From a virus (lineage: Duplodnaviria; Caudoviricetes), in the IMG/VR virus record IMGVR_UViG_3300021185_001079, positions 1 to 56,383 of that record: 56,383 nucleotides of DNA; one strand, written 5' to 3'. The translations under genes and the position numbers were made by a program. Below, piece by piece: positions 19,206-29,755 of this stretch. Each line of letters opens with the position of its first letter. Positions within the stretch are counted from its first letter, which is position 1. The notes beneath the pieces are model-generated. The model was not told the DNA's origin. It worked only from the letters and a program-made list of their open reading frames with translations, and did no database searches.

Positions 19206-20123
19206 ATGTTAGGAGTTATTGTCCGTCAGGCAAAATGGAAAAAACTTAGAGAAATAGGTAATCTCATAGGTAAGTACGAACATGGCATTATTGATCTTGA
19301 ACTAGCTGAACTTAAGAATGTACAATATGACTTTCTAATACAGAACGGTGTAAAAAAGCCTAGTAGGCCGACAGAAGATATTTATATAGCACTTGAAAAA
19401 TTAAACAAGCCCATTCTAATACGAGAAGCTCCTAACTTACGAATGATTGACGACGGAAGTTCTTGTAGGGCAATTCCGTTTGATTCAAAGTGGTTCAAAT
19501 TTTCTTGGAATCATTACTTTTTAGATGAAGGAATTTATCCATATGACAACACTTATGATAGGTGGACGCAGTTAAGCAAAGAATATAACATTAATGTACA
19601 CGACTGGAAACGTAGAGGAGATAATATATTATTAAATTGTCAAAAGCCGGGAGACAGTGCATTAAATAAGTTAACTTATAATAACATTAATTATAAAGAT
19701 TATATTGTAAATGTAATTAATAAAATTAAAAAAGTTTCTGATAGACCGTTAATTATAAGACCGCATCCTAAAGACAATACATTAAGACTGCATTTAGACA
19801 CAATATTTGATAATCTCACATATTCAAATAAAACATTATACGAAGAACTAGATAATGCATGGTGTGCTATTACATACAATAGCACAAGCAGTGTAGAAAC
19901 TTCTTTATACGGCACACCAACAATTGTGCTAGATCCTAGTGCAGCAAGCACTCCGGTATCGCAAACCGAAATAGAACATATCGAAAACACCTGGGAACCT
20001 TGCAGAGAGCAATGGTTGAAAAGAATTGCATTTATGCAGTGGGAAGGTAAAGAATTACGTGACGGGTATGTATGGGATTTATTAAAGTCAGTTATGCCTA
20101 ATCATGGGCCAAAAATCAACTAA
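19206..20123 (+). CDS. KpsS/KpsC-like beta-Kdo transferase candidate, paralog 2
   Basis: QKPGD (QxxxD), IIRPHP and ITYNSTS motifs as in GT99/GT107 enzymes. Confidence 0.6.
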   Translation: MLGVIVRQAKWKKLREIGNLIGKYEHGIIDLELAELKNVQYDFLIQNGVKKPSRPTEDIYIALEKLNKPILIREAPNLRMIDDGSSCRAIPFDSKWFKFSWNHYFLDEGIYPYDNTYDRWTQLSKEYNINVHDWKRRGDNILLNCQKPGDSALNKLTYNNINYKDYIVNVINKIKKVSDRPLIIRPHPKDNTLRLHLDTIFDNLTYSNKTLYEELDNAWCAITYNSTSSVETSLYGTPTIVLDPSAASTPVSQTEIEHIENTWEPCREQWLKRIAFMQWEGKELRDGYVWDLLKSVMPNHGPKIN

Positions 20124-20131
20124 TTACTTTT

Positions 20132-20893
20132 ATGAACATTGTATTAGTAACAGGGGGCTTTGATCCTTTACATTCAGGACACATTGCATACTTTAAAGCA
20201 GCAAAGGCACTAGGTAATAAACTTATTGTAGGTGTAAATTCAGATGAATGGCTTACTCGTAAAAAAGGTAGACCATTTATGCCACTTGTCGAACGCACTA
20301 CAATTATTCAAGAGTTAGATGTAGTAGACGAGGTTATTACATTTGACGATAGTGATAATAGTGCATGTGCTGCTATTATGAAAGTTTTATCAATACACAC
20401 AGGTAATCTTATATTTGCAAACGGCGGAGATAGAACAAACACTACAACACCAGAGTTTGCTACATACGGTAACCGTCCTGATGTAAAATTTGCTTTTGGC
20501 GTAGGCGGCGAAGATAAAAAGAACTCAAGTAGTTGGATACTAAGTGACTGGAAAGCACCTAGAACTGATCGTCCTTGGGGATTTTATAGAGTGTTAGACA
20601 CAGGACCAGGCTGGGCTGTAAAAGAACTTACAATAATGCCGGGTAAGAGTTTATCAGATCAACGTCATCATTATAGATCAGAACATTGGCATGTAGTGCA
20701 AGGTACTGTTACAATTGATACTGAATGGAATAATTTAAAACGTACAACGTTTGTACCGCCACAGTCAAGTTACGATATTGGAAAACAAGTATGGCATCGT
20801 CCATATAATAATACTGATGAACCTGTTAAAATTATTGAAACGTGGTTTGGAGATATATTAGAAGAATCAGATATAGAACGGAGAGAAGAATGA
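20132..20893 (+). CDS. Cytidylyl/adenylyltransferase fused to a mannose-6-P isomerase-like cupin
   Basis: TGGFDPLHSGH (HxGH), GVNSD and ANGGDR; C-terminal RPWG, LSDQRHHYRSEHW, EESDIER. Confidence 0.85.
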   Translation: MNIVLVTGGFDPLHSGHIAYFKAAKALGNKLIVGVNSDEWLTRKKGRPFMPLVERTTIIQELDVVDEVITFDDSDNSACAAIMKVLSIHTGNLIFANGGDRTNTTTPEFATYGNRPDVKFAFGVGGEDKKNSSSWILSDWKAPRTDRPWGFYRVLDTGPGWAVKELTIMPGKSLSDQRHHYRSEHWHVVQGTVTIDTEWNNLKRTTFVPPQSSYDIGKQVWHRPYNNTDEPVKIIETWFGDILEESDIERREE

Positions 20894-21582
20894 AAGTATT
20901 TGTAGGATACGATTCGAGAGAAGATATTGCATATCAAGTATGCAAGCACAGCATCTTAAACAAACAGCCTAATGCAACTGTTACTCCGTTGATTCAAAAA
21001 GAATTAAGAGAACAAGGACGTTACACTCGCCCAGTAGACAAACTTTCGTCAACTGAATTTACATTTACACGTTTCTTAATACCGGAGCTATGTAATTTTA
21101 ATGGCTGGGCGTTGTTTATGGATTGCGATATGATACTGCTTACAGATATCAAAGAACTATTTGATCAATGCGACGACAAGTATGCAGTAATGTGTGCGCA
21201 TCACGATTACACGCCTAAAGAAGGCACAAAGATGGATGGACAAACACAAACAGTTTATCCACGCAAAAACTGGTCAAGTGTAATGTTACTAAACTGCGGA
21301 CATCCTAGCAACAAAAAACTTACACAAGACTTAGTTAATGACGAAAGTATTACAGGTGCATACTTGCATAGATACAGCTGGTTGGATGATTCTGAAGTAG
21401 GTGAAATATCACATGAATGGAACTGGTTAGTAGGTTGGTATAATCAGCCACAAGACGGCAAGCCTAAGTTGTTACACTACACCGAAGGCGGTCCATGGTT
21501 TGAAAACTATCGTAATTGCGAATATCATTACGAATGGAAAACTGAACTCCATGAGATGATGAATGATAACATGCCTAAGTAA
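20890..21582 (+). CDS. GT8-like glycosyltransferase
   Basis: VFVGYDSRE, STEFTFTRFL, FMDCD, YPRKNWSS and HYTEGGPW. Confidence 0.85.
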   Translation: MKVFVGYDSREDIAYQVCKHSILNKQPNATVTPLIQKELREQGRYTRPVDKLSSTEFTFTRFLIPELCNFNGWALFMDCDMILLTDIKELFDQCDDKYAVMCAHHDYTPKEGTKMDGQTQTVYPRKNWSSVMLLNCGHPSNKKLTQDLVNDESITGAYLHRYSWLDDSEVGEISHEWNWLVGWYNQPQDGKPKLLHYTEGGPWFENYRNCEYHYEWKTELHEMMNDNMPK

Positions 21583-22339
21583 AAATAGACAAGACGTCTA
21601 TATAAACATGTTAGCAAATGGCGCTAGATTACAGGTTACAGACTATCACGATGATTTACCTAGTTCTCCTGTTGTTATTAGAAGTTTAGCAAAAGCTGAT
21701 ATACTAAAGTATAGAAAGGAACATAATCTTCCTTTTTATTATATGGATACCGGATATACTGGTGGCCATGAAAAAGTTACAAAGGAAGACTTAAAGCCTA
21801 TACATCGAATTGTTTACAATGATTTACAACTTAGTGATATAGTTGAACGACCGAGTGATAGATGGAAAAAGTTTGGACATAATATAAACGACAAAAAGAA
21901 TTCAGGTAGGTATATATTATTAGTGCCGCCTAGTGAAAAGCCGTGTAACTATTATGGAATTAATGTAGAAACATGGCTACCAGAAGTAAAAAAAGAAATT
22001 AGAAAATATACTGATCGTCCTATTAAAATTAGATATAAACAATCTCGACAATATCGTAGACGATCAAAACCAATATATACAGATTTACAAGATTGTCATG
22101 CACTAGTAACATATCAAAGTATTGCAGCAATTGAAAGTATTTTATTCGGAGTACCTGCATTTACACTAGCACCTTGTGCAGCAGATCCGGTTGCAGACAA
22201 GGATCTTAGCCAGCTTGAACATCCAACGGTACAAGATCGAGATAAAATACATAAGTGGGCCCATCATTTAGCGTACGGACAGTTTCACGTTAATGAATTA
22301 AAAGATGGCACTGCATGGAGGATATTACATGGCACTTAA
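21563..22339 (+). CDS. KpsS/KpsC-like glycosyltransferase, paralog 3
   Basis: MDTGY, RKYTDRPI, LVTYQSIAA, GVPAF and LAYGQF. Confidence 0.55.
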   Translation: MITCLSKNRQDVYINMLANGARLQVTDYHDDLPSSPVVIRSLAKADILKYRKEHNLPFYYMDTGYTGGHEKVTKEDLKPIHRIVYNDLQLSDIVERPSDRWKKFGHNINDKKNSGRYILLVPPSEKPCNYYGINVETWLPEVKKEIRKYTDRPIKIRYKQSRQYRRRSKPIYTDLQDCHALVTYQSIAAIESILFGVPAFTLAPCAADPVADKDLSQLEHPTVQDRDKIHKWAHHLAYGQFHVNELKDGTAWRILHGT

Positions 22340-23258
22340 ATATATAGTCACACATCGGGTAGACGAAAACAATGTAGGAGATATGGCAAGTAACCCTCTA
22401 CAATATTTTTTATCTGAAGATGAATACATGGTAGTTGATATAGATAAACTAGGTACAACACAATTACCATCCGGAGTTCCAATTATCGCCGGCGGCGGCG
22501 GCCTAATTGAAAATGAACTGTTTGGTGCAAATCTATTCACAATACTACACAATCCTGACGTTCGAAGTGCAATGCTACACTGGCAGACTTTAATAAAGCA
22601 AGGATCGCCAGTCAATAATCAGATTAAATCAGAATTCTTTGATAAAGTACAACCACTTGTTTCTGAGTATCTTGAAAAACTACAAACTACTACTGATAGG
22701 CCTAGTACTGCTATTTGGGGAGCAGGCGTTAATAAAGAAATTGAAGATAAAAAAAACAATTCGTTGTTATCTTTGCCTAACTGGATATCTTGGTTTAATC
22801 TAATTGGAATCAGAGACGATCCTAGTCCGTATAGATGGGTACCGTGTGCAAGTTGCATGCATCCTGCATTTGATAAAACTTATAACGAAACTAACGAATT
22901 TATATTTTTTGAACATAAAAAACAATTAATAAAACCAATGGAGTTTGGATCTCTTCCAATGCCACGATTTACTAATGCTGGCGCAAATTTGGAGCAAACT
23001 ATAGAAATTTTAGGTAGTGCAAAAAACATTATTACTAACAGTTATCATGGTGTATATTGGGGAACACTATTAGGAAAAACTGTGTACTGTGCAGGTAATT
23101 GGAGTTCTAAATTTTTCTATTTTAAGCATAAACCAACAATGATTGGTAAAACAACTGATCTTTCTAGACACTTGAAAAAAGCTAAACCTTATAAAAATGC
23201 ACTAGACGAGTGCAGACTTGCAACTACAGAATTTTGGAAAGAAGTAAAAAACTTATGA
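22329..23258 (+). CDS. Polysaccharide pyruvyltransferase-like protein
   Basis: NVGD, IAGGGGL, WGAG, IGIRD and ITNSYHG. Confidence 0.7.
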   Translation: MALKYIVTHRVDENNVGDMASNPLQYFLSEDEYMVVDIDKLGTTQLPSGVPIIAGGGGLIENELFGANLFTILHNPDVRSAMLHWQTLIKQGSPVNNQIKSEFFDKVQPLVSEYLEKLQTTTDRPSTAIWGAGVNKEIEDKKNNSLLSLPNWISWFNLIGIRDDPSPYRWVPCASCMHPAFDKTYNETNEFIFFEHKKQLIKPMEFGSLPMPRFTNAGANLEQTIEILGSAKNIITNSYHGVYWGTLLGKTVYCAGNWSSKFFYFKHKPTMIGKTTDLSRHLKKAKPYKNALDECRLATTEFWKEVKNL

Positions 23259-24163
23259 AAAAAGTAGTAGCGTATGCTGCCGGAGTACCTAGTCCGCACA
23301 AAAATGAGCAAAAGGTTTTAATTTTAAAAAACTTTATCGAAGGTGTAAGTGCAAAAGGCGACAACGGTATATTATATAAAGGAAAGGTAGTAGACACTAC
23401 TGCCGATCTAGCAGTAATACAAGGATGGGTGCATTCAGGTAGTCCAAATACACCGCATCTAGTTTTAAGAAAAAACGTATTTGAAAAAAGTAAAAATACA
23501 ATTATTGTAGATAGTAATTTATTTAATTATAACCTAGGTAAAGATCACCATCTTCAATATCTTAGATATAGTATGAATGGTGTGTTTCCGACTACTGGAA
23601 ATTACTTTGACAGAGTTCCAGATATGAATAGATGGAAGCAGATATCAAATGATCTACAGTTAAAAATTAAACCATGGAGAAGTGGTGGCGAACACATACT
23701 TATACCAACACAACGTAATGGTGGATGGAGTATGCAAGGATTATCAGTAACTGATTGGCTTGACAAAACAATTGGAGAGATTAGACAATATTCAGACAGA
23801 CCAATTGTAGTAAGAGGACACCCGGGCGATAAGGAAAAACATCGTTATCTTAAACGTGATGCTAGATATACATTAAGTCGAAATCCTAATATTCAAGATG
23901 ATTTAATAAATGCTTGGGCAACAGTTACATATAATAGTTCACCCGGTGTTGCTAGTGCAATCGAAGGCATACCGGTATTCGTTACAGATCCTAATCCAGC
24001 AGCAAGTCAAGCACACGATGTAGCAAACACTAACCTTGCTACTTTAGAAAATCCAGCAACGTTTGAAAGAGATTATTGGTTAGCTAAGTTAAGTATGTCT
24101 CATTGGAAATTTAGTGAATTAAAAGATGGCACAGCCTGGCAGCATATGAGGAAATTTTTATGA
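23255..24163 (+). CDS. KpsS/KpsC-like glycosyltransferase, paralog 4
   Basis: PTQRNGG, VVRGHPG, VTYNSSP and GIPVF. Confidence 0.55.
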   Translation: MKKVVAYAAGVPSPHKNEQKVLILKNFIEGVSAKGDNGILYKGKVVDTTADLAVIQGWVHSGSPNTPHLVLRKNVFEKSKNTIIVDSNLFNYNLGKDHHLQYLRYSMNGVFPTTGNYFDRVPDMNRWKQISNDLQLKIKPWRSGGEHILIPTQRNGGWSMQGLSVTDWLDKTIGEIRQYSDRPIVVRGHPGDKEKHRYLKRDARYTLSRNPNIQDDLINAWATVTYNSSPGVASAIEGIPVFVTDPNPAASQAHDVANTNLATLENPATFERDYWLAKLSMSHWKFSELKDGTAWQHMRKFL

Positions 24164-24891
24164 AAACAGCTATTGTTACAAGCATGGACGAGGCATACTT
24201 TGATAAATGCGGCCAGTCAATGTTGCTAAGTTATTTAAAATATCAAAAATCTGAGGACATTCCGCTATACCTTTATAACGAAGGTGACTTTGATGTTCCA
24301 AAAGGAATTAAAAAATTAGGATTCGAGCTAGGAAGCGAATTTGATAATTTTAATAATCGCCATTCACACCGAAAATCAGCAATAAAAAGAAAGTTTGCTA
24401 AGAAAGGATTTTCAATTATTCATGCAATGGATAATATTCCTTGCACAAGATTAATGTGGTTAGATGCAGATACATTAATGAAGAAACCAATGTCAGAGAA
24501 TTTTTTAAGTACACTTTGTAATTCTAAAACTTTAAGCGCACATTTTTCAGTATGGCATAATGCTAAAGGACAAAAATGGCATAGTTGTGAAACAGGATTT
24601 TTCTTACTTAATAAAGCGCATAAGCATTTTGATGAGTTTAAAAACACGTATAAAGACATTTATTATAACGATAATATCGAAGGAATGCGTAGATTTTATG
24701 ACGGCGAAGTTTACGGAAAAACTGTAACAACTATGGCTAACTGCGGATATAAGCTACGTGATTTAAACACTGCAAAAAATAAATCACCAATTGGTAAAAG
24801 TGTATTAAAAGATTATATAGATCATTTCAAAGCAAAGTCTGGTAAAGTAAAGCTTACAAATGAAATTCTAATCGGCCGTCATAACTTATAA
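24160..24891 (+). CDS. GT-A glycosyltransferase
   Basis: KFAKKGFS, WLDAD, CETGF and YIDHFK; paralog of the convergent gene. Confidence 0.7.
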   Translation: MKTAIVTSMDEAYFDKCGQSMLLSYLKYQKSEDIPLYLYNEGDFDVPKGIKKLGFELGSEFDNFNNRHSHRKSAIKRKFAKKGFSIIHAMDNIPCTRLMWLDADTLMKKPMSENFLSTLCNSKTLSAHFSVWHNAKGQKWHSCETGFFLLNKAHKHFDEFKNTYKDIYYNDNIEGMRRFYDGEVYGKTVTTMANCGYKLRDLNTAKNKSPIGKSVLKDYIDHFKAKSGKVKLTNEILIGRHNL

Positions 24892-25695
24892 CCAATGATC
24901 CTCGGATCGTTTAACTTTTAGATCACTGCGTTTAGATTTGCCTAAAGACTTCCTATCACCTTTCATATGATCAATATATGATCCTAGTTCAGTATTAATA
25001 ATAGGATGCCCTTCACCTTTAATTAATCCTTTAGCGTAGTCGTTGTTTTTAACATCAAATTTAGATTCATGCCACTTGCGTACTACATCAAATATATAAC
25101 TATCGTGCCATTCTTTTTCTTTAAATATACCATTATCTGCATCTTCGTACATACGTTCAAACTCATTAAAGAACGGTAATGCATACACATGTTTAAGATT
25201 CATACTGTACCATCCGCACTCTGTATACTTGCTTCCGCGTCCTGCATAAGATAAAAATACATCATTAGGTATAAAGTTTTCAAAAAATTCCAACGGCATT
25301 TTGTTATGTACGATTGTGTCTGCATCCATCCATATAAGAATATCACTACCGCATGTATGTGCAGCATCTAGAACTGCATACACTTTATTAGCAAATCGTA
25401 TTGCATCCCATTTAAATTTTTTCTTAGCATCAGGCCGTTTCATATCAGGACCTTGACCATTTGCTCTTGGATCGTTACGCCAACAATCTTTAAAAAAAAC
25501 TAATTTAGGTAATGTTGCATGATGATCAACTATTGTTATTTGATTGGGATCAGGATTAATAGGATTACAATCTTCAGCATACGCAATCATCTTAACACGT
25601 TTATCTACATATTTGTGAAAAGAATTTAAAAACTTTTGTGCATATAAGTCAAGTCCGGGTTTATGAAATGTAGTAACTACTGTAATTTCTCTCAT
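24886..25695 (-). CDS. GT-A glycosyltransferase
   Basis: WDAIRFANKVYA, WMDAD, ECGW, EWHDSYIFD and DHMKG. Confidence 0.75.
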   Translation of the reverse strand: MREITVVTTFHKPGLDLYAQKFLNSFHKYVDKRVKMIAYAEDCNPINPDPNQITIVDHHATLPKLVFFKDCWRNDPRANGQGPDMKRPDAKKKFKWDAIRFANKVYAVLDAAHTCGSDILIWMDADTIVHNKMPLEFFENFIPNDVFLSYAGRGSKYTECGWYSMNLKHVYALPFFNEFERMYEDADNGIFKEKEWHDSYIFDVVRKWHESKFDVKNNDYAKGLIKGEGHPIINTELGSYIDHMKGDRKSLGKSKRSDLKVKRSEDHWL

Positions 25696-25728
25696 TGACT
25701 TATCTTTCTAACTATGCTATATTTAACT

Positions 25729-26601
25729 ATGAAATTTAAATTATGGAGAGAACATGGAGCGCAGAATGCCCGTCCCATTTTTGATGCTTTTGAGCATTCT
25801 TGTATTAATAATGGCCACACTATTGTCAGTAGTAATAGTAGTAACGATTCCGATTGCGATGTTATTTGGAGTGTGCTTTTTCACGGCAGAATGGCTCGTA
25901 ACAAAGATATTTGGACCCGTAATACTAAACTTTCTAAACCAACTATCGTACTCGAAGTCGGAGGAATCGAAAGAGGTAAGACGTGGAAGGTAGGACTAAA
26001 TGGTATCAACCGTGATGGGCATCTTGGCCCTAGTGACAATGATAACAATCGTGCTAGGAGTATGGGATTAGAGCTCTCTCCTTGGAGACTAAACGGAAAA
26101 TATATTCTATTATGCGGCCAACATGATCAAAGTTTGCAGTGGGCAAATATGCCTAGTATGAAAGACTGGATGCATAGTATTATACAACAGATTCGAAAAC
26201 ATACTGATCGTCCAATACTTATTAGGCCGCATCCGAGGTGTAAAATAAGACACATTAATCAGAATTATTCTAATGTGCATATACAAGAACCAAAACAGAT
26301 AAAAGGCACATATGATGATTTTGATATGGGGTTTAATAATATATATTGTACTATTAGCTATAGTAGTAACCCTGGTATCCATTCTGCCATCAACGGTGTC
26401 CCTACTTTTGTTAGCCATAGTAGTCTTGCTTATCCTGTAGGCAATGATATAGACTTTATACATAATATCGAAACGCCGTTAATGCCGGACAGACAGCAAT
26501 GGTTAAACGATTATGCCTGGACAGAATATACTGTAGAAGAAATAGCTGCTGGTATTCCTTTGAATTACTTGACAAATTTAATTAAACCTGTTAGTATATA
26601 A
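25729..26601 (+). CDS. KpsS/KpsC-like glycosyltransferase, paralog 5
   Basis: CGQHDQS, ILIRPHPR, ISYSSNP and GVPTF. Confidence 0.55.
   Translation: MKFKLWREHGAQNARPIFDAFEHSCINNGHTIVSSNSSNDSDCDVIWSVLFHGRMARNKDIWTRNTKLSKPTIVLEVGGIERGKTWKVGLNGINRDGHLGPSDNDNNRARSMGLELSPWRLNGKYILLCGQHDQSLQWANMPSMKDWMHSIIQQIRKHTDRPILIRPHPRCKIRHINQNYSNVHIQEPKQIKGTYDDFDMGFNNIYCTISYSSNPGIHSAINGVPTFVSHSSLAYPVGNDIDFIHNIETPLMPDRQQWLNDYAWTEYTVEEIAAGIPLNYLTNLIKPVSI
26569..26597 (+). promoter_or_regulatory. Sigma70 promoter directly before ATG
   Basis: TTGACA-N17-TAGTAT-N5-ATG(26603). Confidence 0.7.
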
Positions 26602-26602
26602 T

Positions 26603-27787
26603 ATGATAGAATTAAACTCAATAGAAGATTGTTTAGAAGTGCTAGTTGGCTTGCAAGAGCACTCGTATAATTTTACAGTAGATAGTAATGATATTGGCAT
26701 CATGCGTAGTATTGCTCGTCAAGTATTTACAGGCACTGCCCTTACTGATCGACAGTTTGATCTTATGCAAAAAAAATTAGTAGACTATAAATCACAGTTC
26801 ACCTCGTATCAGTTAGACATCGATAAAGCTATTGTCCAGTCTCGACAGCCTTTACGTGAAATTGATAGAAGTAAAACTGTTGAATTAGTTGATAACTATA
26901 TTAAAGTAAGATTTCCATTTAATAGAAAATTAGCAGCAAAAATACAGAAGTGTATTAGAAAAGTTAAAACTAAATCTTACAAACATACAAAAAGTTCAAA
27001 CGAGCATTATTTTATTTTTAACGAAACAAATACACTAATTGTACTTGACGAATTTTCTGATAGTGCATTTTCTATTCAAGAAGAACTTGTAAATTTTTAT
27101 AAAAAAATACAAGAAATTAGTAATAAGCCAACTGATTATATACCAGGTATTTTAGATAATCAGTTAATAAATGTTAATGATACTGTTTTAGAAAAACTTA
27201 AAAAAGACACAAACAATAACATTCTTAAGATTGTAGATAGACAGCGTAGATACGGATTAACTAATTTTAATTTCAAAACAGATAATCCTAACTTAACTTC
27301 TAAGATTGCATTAAGGCCGGAACAATCGATATATTGTCCGGTAACGGAATACTCGTTAAATCAGTGTTACGAGGCAATTGATAAATTAGATCGATACCCG
27401 TTACTTATAATAGTCGAACCAGGACAAGAAGAAAAACAAATATTTCAATCATATTATATATTTGAAAAGTACTTGCAGCCTAATGCACAAACAGTATTTT
27501 TTAGACAAGATGGTGATACTAAACTTAATAAGTTTATTGCTGAGAAACAACTAAATTCAACGATTGACAAAACTACTAAAGTAGTGTATATTAAAGCTAA
27601 CAAGTTTCCAAAAGTGTTACTGTCAATAGATTGGAAGCCGATTACGGCATTTAGATTTAGTAATACAGATACACCAAACTATAAGAAAAGCACTGTGCTG
27701 TATATAAATGAGCACTGTGATCTAATACTAGAAAGAGAAGACTCGGTGTACGCAAACTACATGAATAAGTATCGGTGGAAAATATGA
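26603..27787 (+). CDS. Hypothetical protein
   Basis: 394-aa ORF with its own promoter, upstream of uvsW. Confidence 0.7.
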   Translation: MIELNSIEDCLEVLVGLQEHSYNFTVDSNDIGIMRSIARQVFTGTALTDRQFDLMQKKLVDYKSQFTSYQLDIDKAIVQSRQPLREIDRSKTVELVDNYIKVRFPFNRKLAAKIQKCIRKVKTKSYKHTKSSNEHYFIFNETNTLIVLDEFSDSAFSIQEELVNFYKKIQEISNKPTDYIPGILDNQLINVNDTVLEKLKKDTNNNILKIVDRQRRYGLTNFNFKTDNPNLTSKIALRPEQSIYCPVTEYSLNQCYEAIDKLDRYPLLIIVEPGQEEKQIFQSYYIFEKYLQPNAQTVFFRQDGDTKLNKFIAEKQLNSTIDKTTKVVYIKANKFPKVLLSIDWKPITAFRFSNTDTPNYKKSTVLYINEHCDLILEREDSVYANYMNKYRWKI

Positions 27788-29247
27788 GTAGTTGTAAACT
27801 AATCATTGAAGACGAAGTAAACATTAAGATCGAAGGTCTTGATGTTGATGTTCGTAGAAAACTTTCTAATGCGCTCAAGTTCGAAGTGCCGTATGCAAAA
27901 CATATGCCACAGTATAAACTAGGACGCTGGGATGGCAAAGTTGCTTTCTTTGGTATCGGTGGTACTGGCTATGTTAATCATCTTAACGTAGTACAGGAAG
28001 TACTTGCTAAGAACAAAGTACAGATTGTTGACATTGAAGATCGAAGACATCCTATACAATTAGACTTTAAACCGGTAACAGAAAACTACTGGAAGGATCA
28101 AGGCGTTGTATGGCCTGAGGGTCATCCAGCAGAAGGTGAAGATATTATTCTACGTGACTATCAAGTAGAAGCAATTAATAACTTTATTAATAATCCACAG
28201 AGCTTGCAACAGATTGCTACTGGTGCAGGTAAAACAATTACAACAGCAACGTTGTCACATATAAGCGAGCCGTATGGTAGAAGTCTTGTGATTGTTCCTA
28301 ACAAGTCGTTAGTGGAACAAACAGAAGAGGACTATATTAACTGCGGCTTGGACGTAGGTGTGTACTTCGGCGATAGAAAGAACCTAGGTAAGACTCACAC
28401 TATATGTACTTGGCAGAGTTTGAATATTCTCGACAAGAAGCATAAGGACGGCTCAGCAGTGTTATCACTTGCAGAGTTCCTAGAAGGTGTTAGCACTGTT
28501 ATCGTCGATGAGGTACACCAGGCAAAGGCAGAGGTTCTCAAGAACCTGCTTACACGCAACCTACGGAATGCGCCCATTCGTTGGGGACTCACTGGCACAG
28601 TGCCAAGAGAAAAGTTTGAGTTTGAAAGTATTCATGCTTCGCTAGGTCCAGTCATTGGACAAATTAGTGCTAAAGAATTGCAAGACAAAGGTGTGCTTGC
28701 AGAGTGTCATGTTAATGTAGTACAGATGATAGACACAGTAGCACATGCAGGTTATCAAGAAGAATTAAAATATCTAACAACAAATACAGAACGATTAGAG
28801 TACATAGGCAAGCTACTGAATACAGTAAAAGAATCAGGCAACACATTAATATTAGTAGACAGAATTAGTGCCGGAGAGGCACTAGCAGAACTTATCCCAG
28901 ATAGCACTTTCGTAAGTGGTGCAGTAAAAAATAAAGATAGGAAAGAAACATATGATACTATACGTGAAGGAACTAATGAAGTTATCATCGCTACATACGG
29001 AGTGGCCGCTGTGGGTCTCAACATTCCTCGTATTTTTAACCTGGTTCTTCTCGAGCCTGGAAAAAGTTTCGTAAGAGTAATTCAGTCAATTGGTAGAGGT
29101 GTAAGGAAGGCAAAGGACAAAGACTTCGTACAAATATGGGACTTGACATCGACATGCAAGTTTGCGAAGCGGCACCTTACTCAACGTAAAAAGTTTTACA
29201 AAGAGGCGCAATACCCATTTACTATTGAAAAAGTAGATTGGAAATAA
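27784..29247 (+). CDS. uvsW: SF2 DNA helicase UvsW-like
   Basis: LRDYQ, ATGAGKT, DEVH, GLTGT and QSIGRG. Confidence 0.9.
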   Translation: MSSCKLIIEDEVNIKIEGLDVDVRRKLSNALKFEVPYAKHMPQYKLGRWDGKVAFFGIGGTGYVNHLNVVQEVLAKNKVQIVDIEDRRHPIQLDFKPVTENYWKDQGVVWPEGHPAEGEDIILRDYQVEAINNFINNPQSLQQIATGAGKTITTATLSHISEPYGRSLVIVPNKSLVEQTEEDYINCGLDVGVYFGDRKNLGKTHTICTWQSLNILDKKHKDGSAVLSLAEFLEGVSTVIVDEVHQAKAEVLKNLLTRNLRNAPIRWGLTGTVPREKFEFESIHASLGPVIGQISAKELQDKGVLAECHVNVVQMIDTVAHAGYQEELKYLTTNTERLEYIGKLLNTVKESGNTLILVDRISAGEALAELIPDSTFVSGAVKNKDRKETYDTIREGTNEVIIATYGVAAVGLNIPRIFNLVLLEPGKSFVRVIQSIGRGVRKAKDKDFVQIWDLTSTCKFAKRHLTQRKKFYKEAQYPFTIEKVDWK

Positions 29248-29248
29248 A

Positions 29249-29755
29249 ATGAAAATATTAACATTAGAAAACAAATGTTATAACTTAGACGACTTACCAG
29301 ATAGACTTGAAGACGATGTAAGATTTAGTGTTCTTGATAATAGTGATCCAAAAGAGCCAGATTTCTTTTTTGTTCCACTTATCTTTTTAGAATCTTTTAG
29401 TTCGCCTGCTATGGTTTTAAGAATTGGTCAAAACGAAATTACTATGCCTGTTGATTGGAGCGTAGCAGTTGGCTGTTCCGAAAGTGGTAATGATATTGAA
29501 ATACTTCCGCTAACTAGTATTAACGATAGAGGATTTGAAGCCTTCCTTTTTAATCCTTTAACTAGTTACAAAACAGGATTTGACGAATTAGAGATTGTAA
29601 ATTTTTATACAGATGTAAAATGGTATTTTCCTAAAATGAAAAACGGCCAGTTGCTAACAGTACCATTAACTAATGGAGATAATCCTGACTGTGCATTCTT
29701 TGTAAAAGATATTTCAAAGCAATGTGAAGTAATAGATTATGGAAAACTTTTATGA
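29249..29755 (+). CDS. Hypothetical protein
   Basis: 168-aa ORF coupled to uvsW. Confidence 0.65.
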   Translation: MKILTLENKCYNLDDLPDRLEDDVRFSVLDNSDPKEPDFFFVPLIFLESFSSPAMVLRIGQNEITMPVDWSVAVGCSESGNDIEILPLTSINDRGFEAFLFNPLTSYKTGFDELEIVNFYTDVKWYFPKMKNGQLLTVPLTNGDNPDCAFFVKDISKQCEVIDYGKLL

